From the NCBI GenBank assembly GCA_034722095.1, contig JAYENM010000339.1, forward strand, positions 1 through 33,435: a stretch of DNA of 33,435 nucleotides, given 5' to 3'. Under the pieces are notes generated by a model, which was not told where the DNA came from, did not search any database, and was given only the letters and a program-made list of their open reading frames with translations. Each line of letters opens with the position of its first letter. Position 1 is the stretch's first letter. Of this stretch, positions 16,843 through 24,748 are shown one piece after another. The translations under genes and the position numbers were made by a program. This DNA is from a candidate division WOR-3 bacterium. GTDB lineage: Bacteria; Hydrothermota; UBA3073.

Positions 16843-16864
16843 AGCTCACCGAAGGCTCACCGAA
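16843..16864 (+). repeat. perfect tandem duplication of the 11-mer GCTCACCGAAG
   Basis: gctcaccgaag gctcaccgaag. Confidence 0.85.
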
Positions 16865-16907
16865 GTCAGTGGGCAGAATGTCAGAACAGACTGGTAGTCG
16901 GTAATCG

Positions 16908-17186
16908 GTTATCAGTAATCGGTAAATTCCAAGGCGTATCAGAATATCAGCAGATCAGTCCATACGGATCCGTAGGGATAGGCAGAATATCAGGATACCA
17001 GAAGATCAGGCAGCCTGATGCTCTGATATACTGATACCCTCCCGACTGATATTCTGATCTCCCGATATACTCGTCATGTTATGCTTCCTACTGATATTCT
17101 GATCGTCGGATACACTTGTTTTTCCTGACCACTGATGACCAATCACTGATTACCTGCTCCGCTGGTATCCTTCCTACTAATAATCT
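16908..17186 (+). repeat. copy A of a ~280-bp structured non-coding element (between the oxidoreductase beta and alpha genes)
   Basis: Hand alignment to 30474-30751 shows about 15 differences in ~270 nt. The interior is built of ATCAG/CTGAT octamer triplets in nested inverted arrangement plus the palindrome TACGGATCCGTA (16963-16974). Confidence 0.9.
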
Positions 17187-17211
17187 AATTCGCTAATGCA
17201 CTTATCCTACC

Positions 17212-17382
17212 GGTTTATCGCAACTGGAACAGGCTGTACAAAAACAACAGTGCAGCAAGTTGGAGTTAATCCGTAAGGATTTTAGATAAAAGGCTTACGC
17301 CTTAACTCCATCACAATCCGGTTTATCGCAACCACGGAAGGGTGTTCCTACCCTGACCCTACACTATAAGGTTTATCGCAAC
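17212..17382 (+). repeat. three copies of the 13-mer GGTTTATCGCAAC (17212, 17320, 17370)
   Basis: Exact 13-nt matches at three positions with irregular spacing (108 and 50 nt). Confidence 0.85.
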
Positions 17383-17395
17383 CGGGAGGTTGCTC

Positions 17396-18493
17396 CTACA
17401 TAGATATATTGTGTAATATCTCTTCAGGTGTAATTATTGTGCCATCTGCCTTTCCAATAAACCTAACATCGCATTCTGATGCACGCTCAACCTCTCTCAC
17501 AATCTGACCAAGATTCATCTCACAAACATATATCATATCTACCTTCTTTGATAATTTCTTTACTTCTCCATATGGAAACGGCCATAACGTAATTGGTCTT
17601 ACAAATCCTATTCTTTCTCCCTTTTTTCTTATTTCGTTTACAACCCTCAAACTACTCCTCGAGGTTGAGCCATACGAAAATATACAGATTTTGGCATCAT
17701 CCATAAACCTTACATCTAAATCCCTTACATCTGCTTCTTTTATCTTGGTTGCAAGCCTTTGCTGGAGTTTTTGAACCTTTTCTGGATTTGATGTTGGGAA
17801 TCCTGTTTCATCATGCGCAAGACCTGTTATGTGAAACCTGTAACCTCTACCGTACGGAGCGAGTGGTGGGACATCGTATCTTGAATCAAATGGAAGATAT
17901 TCTTGCGGCGGGACATTTGGGAAGCCCCTCTCTAATACTTCTATACTTGTATCTAATTCCACTTTCTCTCTCAGGTGTGCAAGAATCTCATCCGAAAGAA
18001 GGATGACTGGTGTTCTGTATTTTTCAGAGTAGTTAAATGCCCTGATTGTAAGAGAGTAGCATTCCCGGACAGAGAACGGTGTAAGAACTATTATTGGATG
18101 GTCACCATGTGTACCCCATCTTGATTGCATGGCGTCGCCCTGTGATGGGTAGGTGGGAAGACCCGTCGAAGGTCCCCCTCTCTGGACATCAACTATCACA
18201 CAGGGAATCTCTCCCATAGCAGCAAATCCTATGTGTTCTTGCATCAGGGAGAGGCCAGGGCCTGACGTTGCTGTCATAGATTTTATACCTGTGAGGGAAG
18301 CACCAAGGCAGGCGCCAAGACTTGCAATTTCGTCTTCCATCTGGATGAATTTTCCTCCCAGGGTCGGGAGTCGGAGGGACATAAGTTCTGCTATATCAGA
18401 GGATGGTGTAATAGGATAACCACCAAAGAATCTACATTTAGAGGCAAGTGCTCCTTCTACAATTGCCTCATTACCTGAGAGAAGCAAAGGCAT
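17396..18493 (-). CDS. 2-oxoacid:ferredoxin oxidoreductase alpha subunit (KorA/OorA-like)
   Basis: 365-aa ORF. N-terminal GNEAIVEGA...GGYPITPSS motif of alpha subunits. The ATG lies 1 nt after the rplQ stop. Confidence 0.92.
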   Translation of the reverse strand: MPLLLSGNEAIVEGALASKCRFFGGYPITPSSDIAELMSLRLPTLGGKFIQMEDEIASLGACLGASLTGIKSMTATSGPGLSLMQEHIGFAAMGEIPCVIVDVQRGGPSTGLPTYPSQGDAMQSRWGTHGDHPIIVLTPFSVRECYSLTIRAFNYSEKYRTPVILLSDEILAHLREKVELDTSIEVLERGFPNVPPQEYLPFDSRYDVPPLAPYGRGYRFHITGLAHDETGFPTSNPEKVQKLQQRLATKIKEADVRDLDVRFMDDAKICIFSYGSTSRSSLRVVNEIRKKGERIGFVRPITLWPFPYGEVKKLSKKVDMIYVCEMNLGQIVREVERASECDVRFIGKADGTIITPEEILHNISM

Positions 18494-18494
18494 A

Positions 18495-18884
18495 CTATTC
18501 TTCTTTTGGCTTTCTTCTCATCACCTTTTCCATATCTACCAGTTCCAACATACAGATATTGGCACCGTCTCCTTTTCTCTGGCCAAGACTGAGAATCCTT
18601 GTGTATCCGCCGTTCCTATTCTTATATACAGGGGCTATCTCATCCCACACTTTTTTAACAGTTTTTTTATCTCCTGTGAGAGAGTAGGCAAGTCTCCTGG
18701 AGTGGAGATCACCCTTCTTGGAGAGGGTGACGATCTTTTCGGCAAGAAGTCTCACCCTCTTCGCCTTTTCATTAGTCGTCTTTATAGAATGATGGGTAAA
18801 GAGAGATATCACAAGACTTTTTAGCATTGCATCCCGTTTTTGCTTTTCTCTTCCCAATTTTGCGATTTTGGAACGGTGTCTCAT
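18495..18884 (-). CDS. rplQ: 50S ribosomal protein L17
   Basis: 129-aa ORF starting MRHRSKIAKLGR. Overlaps the rpoA stop (ATGA). Canonical position after rpoA. Confidence 0.95.
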   Translation of the reverse strand: MRHRSKIAKLGREKQKRDAMLKSLVISLFTHHSIKTTNEKAKRVRLLAEKIVTLSKKGDLHSRRLAYSLTGDKKTVKKVWDEIAPVYKNRNGGYTRILSLGQRKGDGANICMLELVDMEKVMRRKPKEE

Positions 18885-19843
18885 TTTCCCTCCAGTTTTG
18901 AGGGTTCCATACCGAACGAGAGACCGTAACTCTTCAGTATGGTTGATAGTTCCTGCAATGATTTCTTACCGAAGTTGGGAAATTTGAGCATTTCCTGCTC
19001 TGTCATCTGAACAAGGTCTCGCAGGGTCTCAATACCCGCTGTTTTCAAACAGTTGGCAGCCCTCACTGATAGTTCCAGTTCCGATATCTTTATATTGAGT
19101 GTCTTTTTGAGTCTCTTTTTGTCTTCAGGCTCTTCTCTTTCCCTCTCGATAGTAATTTCGCGGAGTTTCAAAAATGGCTCGATATGGTCTCGTAAAAGAG
19201 CAGCTGCTATTGTTTCTGCATCCTCTGGTTTAATTCTTCCATCTGTCCAAATCTCAAGAATAAGCTTCTCGCGGTTCTTTACGCCGACACTCTCAACCTT
19301 AAAATTTACTCTCTCAATGGGTGAGTAGAGCGCATCTATAAATATTGTTCCGATAGGTGCACGGTTATAACCTGGAAGTTCCTCTCTAGGTACATATCCT
19401 CTTCCTGTAGTCACGCCGAGTATTACATTCAGGTTAACATCATCCTTCATCACTGTTGCTATAAGATGTTCAGGATTTATTATCTCAAAAGTCCCGTCAG
19501 ATTCTATATTTTTTGCATAAACAGGTCCCTTTCCCTTGATAGATAGTTCTATCTCCTTTTCGAACTTGTCAAACAATTTTATCTTTATGCCCTTGAGATT
19601 GAGTAGAATATGGGGAAGATCTTCCAGAACACCATCTATGGTCGAAAACTCATGTAAGACGCCATCTATTCTTACGAATGAGATCGTAGAACCTTGCATA
19701 GAAGAGAGCAATGTTCTCCTGAAAGCATTTCCCAGTGTAGTGCCAAAAGATCTCTCAATGGGAGATAACACAAACCTTGCGTATTTGTCATCAGCCTCGA
19801 CTGTTTTTATCTTATCAGGTATTTGAAATGGTCTCAATTTCAT
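18881..19843 (-). CDS. rpoA: DNA-directed RNA polymerase alpha subunit
   Basis: 320-aa ORF. Alpha NTD plus CTD helix-hairpin-helix (ELELSVRAANCLK). GGGGG SD 5 nt upstream. Confidence 0.97.
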   Translation of the reverse strand: MKLRPFQIPDKIKTVEADDKYARFVLSPIERSFGTTLGNAFRRTLLSSMQGSTISFVRIDGVLHEFSTIDGVLEDLPHILLNLKGIKIKLFDKFEKEIELSIKGKGPVYAKNIESDGTFEIINPEHLIATVMKDDVNLNVILGVTTGRGYVPREELPGYNRAPIGTIFIDALYSPIERVNFKVESVGVKNREKLILEIWTDGRIKPEDAETIAAALLRDHIEPFLKLREITIEREREEPEDKKRLKKTLNIKISELELSVRAANCLKTAGIETLRDLVQMTEQEMLKFPNFGKKSLQELSTILKSYGLSFGMEPSKLEGK

Positions 19844-19949
19844 TCCTACCCCCTATAGATGTAAATATTGTGTATAGTATTAACCACAGAGGACAAAAAT
19901 TTAAAAATTAAATATCAAAATGACAAACCAAAAATCCAAAAGGGCCACG

Positions 19950-19968
19950 CCTGCCTGCCGCAGGCAGG
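19950..19968. repeat. CCTGCC..GGCAGG core hairpin at the centre of the rpoA-rpsD spacer
   Basis: cctgcctgc c gcaggcagg. The spacer also has 11-bp perfect outer arms at 19881-19891 and 20047-20057 (aaccacagagg/cctctgtggtt). Confidence 0.75.
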
Positions 19969-20079
19969 GATTTCACTGATAAAAAATATTTCAATCTGTG
20001 AAAATCTGTGTAATCTGTGGTTATGATTTTTGATTTATCTCTGCGACCTCTGTGGTTTTTTCATATGGTTTTTACAAAG

Positions 20080-20700
20080 CTACTTAGAATAAAGTTCAAC
20101 GATAAGTCTCTCCTCTATTTCCTCTGGGACATCATCTCTCCTGGGGAGACTTACAATCTCAATATTTAAAGATTCTTTGTCAAATGTGATCCACTTTGGA
20201 GGTGCAACCTTCATAAGTAAAGCATCTTCTATATTTGGAGGTACTTTGGTCTTTCTCAGAGTTATTACATCAGTCACTTTTACCGCATAAGATGGTATAT
20301 CTACCCTTCTATTGTTCACCATAAAATGGCCATGTGTGACAAGTTGTCTTGCTTCCATTCGTGATCTTGCAAGTCCTGTTCGGTATATAACATTATCAAG
20401 ACGGAGTTCTAATTCCTTGAGAAGTTCCTCTCCTGTTACTCCCTTCTTCCGTGTAGCTTTTTCAAAATAATTTCTGAATTGGTGCTCTGTCAACCTATAC
20501 ATCCTCTTTACTCTCTGTTTCTCTCTCAGATGTCTTCCGTAATCGGTCTCTTTACGCATAAAACCCTTGCCGAGTTCTCCGGGTCGCTTACGGTTTTTCT
20601 CTATAGAGCACTTTGCTGATGAACATCTCTTGCCTTTTAGAAATAACTTCTTACCATCCCTTCTGCATAGTCTACAAACTGGTCCGTGGTATACAGCCAT
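20080..20700 (-). CDS. rpsD: 30S ribosomal protein S4
   Basis: The track ORF extends to 20736. The ATG at 20700 (MAVYHGPVCRLCRR...) sits behind GGAGGA and directly after the rpsK stop. Cys-rich N-terminus plus S4 domain. Confidence 0.93.
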   Translation of the reverse strand: MAVYHGPVCRLCRRDGKKLFLKGKRCSSAKCSIEKNRKRPGELGKGFMRKETDYGRHLREKQRVKRMYRLTEHQFRNYFEKATRKKGVTGEELLKELELRLDNVIYRTGLARSRMEARQLVTHGHFMVNNRRVDIPSYAVKVTDVITLRKTKVPPNIEDALLMKVAPPKWITFDKESLNIEIVSLPRRDDVPEEIEERLIVELYSK

Positions 20701-20701
20701 A

Positions 20702-21073
20702 CTATATCCTCCTCTTCTTTGGTGGCCTACAACCATTGTGAGGAATAGGCGTTACATCTCTTATATATGCTATAACAAGCCCTGCCGCTTTGATAGCCCT
20801 TACAGCAGAATCCCTACCTGCGCCAGGACCCTTAACCCATACCTCTACATTTCTCATTCCAATGTCTGCAAGTTCTTTTGCAATTTTTTTTGCACAGATA
20901 CCTGCTGCAAATGGAGTTCCTTTCTTGGACCCTTTGAAACCAATACTCCCAGCACTTGCCCATAAAAGACAGGCCCCTTTCTCATCTGTTATTGTAACAA
21001 TCGTATTATTAAATGTAGACAATATATGAACTATACCTTTTTCAGGTGCTTTTCGCAGTCTCTTCTTCTTCAT
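20702..21073 (-). CDS. rpsK: 30S ribosomal protein S11
   Basis: 123-aa ORF with [18 protein letters not shown] and a C-terminal ...[12 protein letters not shown] motif. Confidence 0.96.
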   Translation of the reverse strand: MKKKRLRKAPEKGIVHILSTFNNTIVTITDEKGACLLWASAGSIGFKGSKKGTPFAAGICAKKIAKELADIGMRNVEVWVKGPGAGRDSAVRAIKAAGLVIAYIRDVTPIPHNGCRPPKKRRI

Positions 21074-21225
21074 TTAACCCCCCCACCGTAATTTCAAAAT
21101 CCAAATACCCAATTTCCAACAAAATTCCAAAACCCCAATGCTAACTTAAGCACACCTCATTTTTCTGATATTTGACATTTGATATTTTATTGGAAATTTG
21201 CAATTGGAAATTAGACATTTATTTT

Positions 21226-21612
21226 TTATTTCTTTGCTTTTGCCTTCTTTTTAAGTGCGATCTGTGCCTTCCGTGGACCCTTTCTCGTTCTGGCATTTGT
21301 CCGAGTTCGTTGACCCCTTACAGGAAGTCCTTTTTTATGTCTGACACCCCTTGCGCAATTTATGTTAATAAGCCTTTTTATGTTCTCCTGGACCTCCCGC
21401 CTCAATGCTCCTTCTATTTTATAATCAGATTCTATTACGTTCCTGAGTGCCTCGACCTCCTCATCAGTTAGGTCCTTTATCCTTCTGTCAGGAGATACCT
21501 TACTCTTTTGCAGTATATTATGTGATGTAGAAATGCCAATACCGTATATATACGTAAGGGCTATCTCAATCCGTTTATTTGGTGGAAGTTCAACTCCCGA
21601 AATCCTCGCCAT
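21226..21612 (-). CDS. rpsM: 30S ribosomal protein S13
   Basis: 128-aa ORF starting [10 protein letters not shown] with a basic C-terminal tail. Confidence 0.96.
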   Translation of the reverse strand: MARISGVELPPNKRIEIALTYIYGIGISTSHNILQKSKVSPDRRIKDLTDEEVEALRNVIESDYKIEGALRREVQENIKRLININCARGVRHKKGLPVRGQRTRTNARTRKGPRKAQIALKKKAKAKK

Positions 21613-21636
21613 CCATCCCCCTTAGTAAAATTAAAT

Positions 21637-21762
21637 ATCAAAAATCAAAAATCAAAAATCGTGAACCGTAAGTCGTGATCCGGAATCCGTGGTCCATTAC
21701 CCATAATCTAAAATCAAATATCAAAATTTTAAAATTTACATTTTGATTTTTACATTTAGGTT
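21637..21762 (+). repeat. phase-locked degenerate heptamer array, 18 units without indels
   Basis: atcaaaa x3|atcgtga|accgtaa|gtcgtga|tccggaa|tccgtgg|tccatta|cccataa|tctaaaa|tcaaata|tcaaaat|tttaaaa|tttacat|tttgatt|tttacat|ttaggtt. The first and last units are mutually complementary. Confidence 0.8.
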
Positions 21763-21777
21763 GCTGAAAGCAACCGC

Positions 21778-21891
21778 TCATCCCTGTCTCTGCTTATGCT
21801 TAGGGTTTTTACACACAACCCTCAAAACACCTTTTCTCTTCACAATCTGACACTTTGCACAAATTTTCTTTATAGACGCTCTTACCTTCAT
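21778..21891 (-). CDS. rpmJ: 50S ribosomal protein L36 (Zn-binding form)
   Basis: Not in the ORF track (under 60 aa). Hand translation of the minus strand gives [37 protein letters not shown] plus a stop. CxxC...C...H pattern. Canonical position between infA and rpsM. Confidence 0.92.
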   Translation of the reverse strand: MKVRASIKKICAKCQIVKRKGVLRVVCKNPKHKQRQG

Positions 21892-21938
21892 AAATACTCC
21901 CGTTACCCCATAATATGCATTAGCCACAGAAAAACATA

Positions 21939-21959
21939 GTTTGTTAGACTCTAACAAAC
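21939..21959. repeat. perfect 9-bp hairpin between infA and rpmJ
   Basis: gtttgttag act ctaacaaac. Confidence 0.8.
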
Positions 21960-22007
21960 CAACAAACTAACCAACTCTCAGCTCTTGTGATAATCTTACC
22001 TGCGTTT

Positions 22008-22226
22008 CTACTTAAATCTGTGTAGTATTCTTCCTCTGGAGAGGTCATAAGGCGAAAGTTCCACTACAACCCTATCCCCGGGTAGGATTTTTATGAAGTG
22101 TACCCTCATCTTACCAGACACATGAGCAAGCACCTTATGTCCAGTATCAAGGACTACCCTGAACATTCCTCCCTTAAGTGCCTCTTCAACTACACCTTCA
22201 ACCCTTATACCCTTTTTTTCAGCCAT
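22008..22226 (-). CDS. infA: translation initiation factor IF-1
   Basis: 72-aa ORF. S1-like fold sequence ...[22 protein letters not shown]...[12 protein letters not shown]. Confidence 0.96.
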   Translation of the reverse strand: MAEKKGIRVEGVVEEALKGGMFRVVLDTGHKVLAHVSGKMRVHFIKILPGDRVVVELSPYDLSRGRILHRFK

Positions 22227-22888
22227 AAACCGGCAAAACCAGAATTGAGTCCTAATTCCTTTCTACCCGTACCTTTTATTCCTTTCACTGCCTGCATTAT
22301 TCTATCATGCACCTCTTCTATACTACCACTTCCGTCTATCTTGATAAGTTTTTCTCTTTTTCTGTAGTAATTTATCAACGGAGAGGTCTCATTTTCATAG
22401 ACATCTATTCTCTTTTTTATCGTTTCTTCCGCATCATCTACCCTTGAGGTGAGTTTACTCCCGCATATATCGCAGATATCAGGTGTTTTCGGTGGATTCG
22501 ATGATAAATTATATACCGTTTTACAATTCGGGCATACCTTCCTTTTACTGATTCTCTGTATAATATCAGGACTCTCCAGATAAAGGTAGAATACATAGTC
22601 AGGTTTAATTTTCTCAAGCAAAATTGCCTGTGGAATATTCCTTGGAAACCCCTCCAGAACAAAAGATTGCGGGAGATTCGCCAGCAACATATCTATGATG
22701 ACCTTATCTGGAACAAGTTCCCCATTTTTTACATATCTTTTTGCCTTACCTCCAAGTTCTGTCTTCATTGCAATCTCGTCACGAATTATATCTCCTGCCG
22801 AGATAAACGGTATTCCCAGTTTCTCTGCCACCATCCTCGCCTGAGTGCCCTTACCCGAGCCAGGGGGACCTATAAATAGGACTTTCAT
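22205..22888 (-). CDS. adk: adenylate kinase (Zn-lid type)
   Basis: 227-aa ORF. P-loop [10 protein letters not shown] and a lid with CPNC...CDIC. A C-terminal tail of about 20 aa overlaps the infA start by 22 nt. Confidence 0.94.
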   Translation of the reverse strand: MKVLFIGPPGSGKGTQARMVAEKLGIPFISAGDIIRDEIAMKTELGGKAKRYVKNGELVPDKVIIDMLLANLPQSFVLEGFPRNIPQAILLEKIKPDYVFYLYLESPDIIQRISKRKVCPNCKTVYNLSSNPPKTPDICDICGSKLTSRVDDAEETIKKRIDVYENETSPLINYYRKREKLIKIDGSGSIEEVHDRIMQAVKGIKGTGRKELGLNSGFAGLWLKKRV

Positions 22889-24201
22889 TACCCTCTTCTG
22901 CCCCTTATTTTTCCCTTTCTTAGGAATCCATCGTAGTGTCTCATCGTAAGTTGCGCCTCTATTTGTCTCATTGTATCGAGTGCAACACCAACAACGATGA
23001 GAACAGATGTGCCACCGAAGACGAACGGGGCGTTAAGCTTATGTAGAATTATAGCAGGCACTATCGCTACAAGAGCAAAAAACAGTGCCCCAGGAAAGGT
23101 TATTCTGGATATTATCCTGTCTATGTAGTCGGCTGTGCTCTTGCCCGGCCTCACGCCCGGTATAAATCCTCCATATTTTTTCATGTTATCCGCGATATCA
23201 ATTGGGTTCAAGACAACAGCCGTGTAGAAATAGGCGAAAAATACTATCAGACTTGCATAGACTATATTATACAGCCAGTTCATAGGGGAGAAGAAGACCA
23301 TAAGGTTTTGTATCCAGTCGCTACCTGAAAAAAATCTTGCTATTGTGGCAGGAAAGGTAAGGACTGCCTGGGCAAATATTATTGGTATTATGCCAGCAGC
23401 ATTTACATTCAATGGAAGATGGGTAGACCTTCCTCCATATATCTTCCTTCCGATAACCCTTTGTGCATACTGAACGGGAACCCTTCGCTGCCCCTGGGTT
23501 ATTATGACGACAGCTGCAATTATTCCAATGATTACTATAACCGTAACAACGGCCGCAATGGGGCTCATAGCACCAATGCGTACCATATTGAATGTTGTTA
23601 TAAAATCTCTCGGAAACCTCGCTATTATACCAATCATTATTATCAATGATATACCATTTCCTATGCCTCTGTCTGTGATAAGTTCTCCAAGCCACATTAT
23701 AAATAGTGTACCCGTGATCAGTGTGATGATGGAAAGAAGTCTGAAAGACAACCCGGGATTTATAACCACAGGCTCTCCTGAAGGTGCCTGTGCAGATTCA
23801 AGAAATATACATACACCGAGTGCCTGTATAGCGGCTATTCCTATAGTGAGATATCGTGTATGCTGATTTATTTTTCTTCTACCCTCTTCTCCCTCTTTCT
23901 GTAATTTCTGGTAATACGGCATTGCCGCTCCCAGAAGTTGTAGTATGATAGAGGCGGATATATATGGCATTATTCCCAATCCAAATATTGCACCCGACGA
24001 GAGACCGCCTCCCACAAATATATCATACAGTCCAAGTGCAGTTGCTCTGGCACTCTCAAAGAAGCTGGCAAGGGCAGAGGTATTGATACCTGGAAGGGGT
24101 ATATGCCCTCCCAACCTGTATACCGCAAACATTGCGAGCGTAAACAGAATTTTGTTGCGCAGGTCAGGTATCTTGAATGCATTTCGTAGAGTTCCCAACA
24201 T
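22888..24201 (-). CDS. secY: preprotein translocase subunit SecY
   Basis: 437-aa multi-pass membrane ORF in the canonical position between rplO and adk. The stop overlaps the adk start (TAATG). Confidence 0.96.
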   Translation of the reverse strand: MLGTLRNAFKIPDLRNKILFTLAMFAVYRLGGHIPLPGINTSALASFFESARATALGLYDIFVGGGLSSGAIFGLGIMPYISASIILQLLGAAMPYYQKLQKEGEEGRRKINQHTRYLTIGIAAIQALGVCIFLESAQAPSGEPVVINPGLSFRLLSIITLITGTLFIMWLGELITDRGIGNGISLIIMIGIIARFPRDFITTFNMVRIGAMSPIAAVVTVIVIIGIIAAVVIITQGQRRVPVQYAQRVIGRKIYGGRSTHLPLNVNAAGIIPIIFAQAVLTFPATIARFFSGSDWIQNLMVFFSPMNWLYNIVYASLIVFFAYFYTAVVLNPIDIADNMKKYGGFIPGVRPGKSTADYIDRIISRITFPGALFFALVAIVPAIILHKLNAPFVFGGTSVLIVVGVALDTMRQIEAQLTMRHYDGFLRKGKIRGRRG

Positions 24202-24231
24202 AATACAATAATCAGTTATTGAGTCATTAGG

Positions 24232-24675
24232 TTATTGAATAGCCCTTTTCGATATTCTCCCTCCCCTTGCCTCGATCTTCTCTCTAGCAGATGCAGAAAC
24301 TTTTATCCCTTCTATAGTAAGTTTTTTTGTAAGTTCACCATCCCCGAGTATCTTCACAGGTTTTTTTTTCTTTATAAGACCTGAAGTACGAAGCAGTTTT
24401 TCATTTACCACAGTTCCGTCTTCGAATTTATTCAGTTGCTTTACATTTACCACTTCGTACACTATCGCTGAAGGATTGCGGAATCCTCTCTTTGGCAGCC
24501 TTCTGTAGAGTGGAGTTTGACCACCTTCAAACCACGGAGAGATCTTTTTACCCGCTCTTGCTTTCTCTCCCTTATGCCCTCTACCAGATGTTCCACCTAC
24601 CCCTGAGGATGCTCCTCTGCCTCGTCTCTTTTTTTCCTTTGTATTTATTTTTTTTAAGTTGTGTAACTCCGCCAT
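24232..24675 (-). CDS. rplO: 50S ribosomal protein L15
   Basis: The track ORF extends to 24699. The ATG at 24675 (MAELHNLKK...) has a GAAGGA SD. Contains GRGASSGVGGTSGRGHKG. Confidence 0.93.
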   Translation of the reverse strand: MAELHNLKKINTKEKKRRGRGASSGVGGTSGRGHKGEKARAGKKISPWFEGGQTPLYRRLPKRGFRNPSAIVYEVVNVKQLNKFEDGTVVNEKLLRTSGLIKKKKPVKILGDGELTKKLTIEGIKVSASAREKIEARGGRISKRAIQ

Positions 24676-24728
24676 ATATAATCCTTCTAAAAATCTCAAG
24701 TATCAAATTACAAACAAGCACCAAGCAC

Positions 24729-24748
24729 CCTGCCTCCCGTCAGGCAGG
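24729..24748. repeat. CCTGCC..GGCAGG core hairpin in the rplO-rpmD spacer
   Basis: cctgcct cccgtc aggcagg, nearly identical to 57-76. Confidence 0.75.

Noticed and set aside
16581-16904. 107-aa plus-strand ORF spanning the beta-subunit start and the spacer.
   Set aside because: It is antisense to the conserved N-terminus of the beta subunit and then runs through word-array repeat sequence. There is no SD.
17006-17077. 23-codon ATG-initiated minus-strand ORF inside element copy A (MTSISGDQNISREGISISEHQAA).
   Set aside because: The 1-nt indel between copies A and B shifts the frame after about 12 codons, so the peptide is not conserved. There is no SD.
17212-17382. Possible mini-CRISPR, because GGTTTATCGCAAC is repeated three times.
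   Set aside because: The repeat is only 13 nt, the spacing is irregular (108 and 50 nt), there are no cas genes, and the intervening sequence is itself palindromic.
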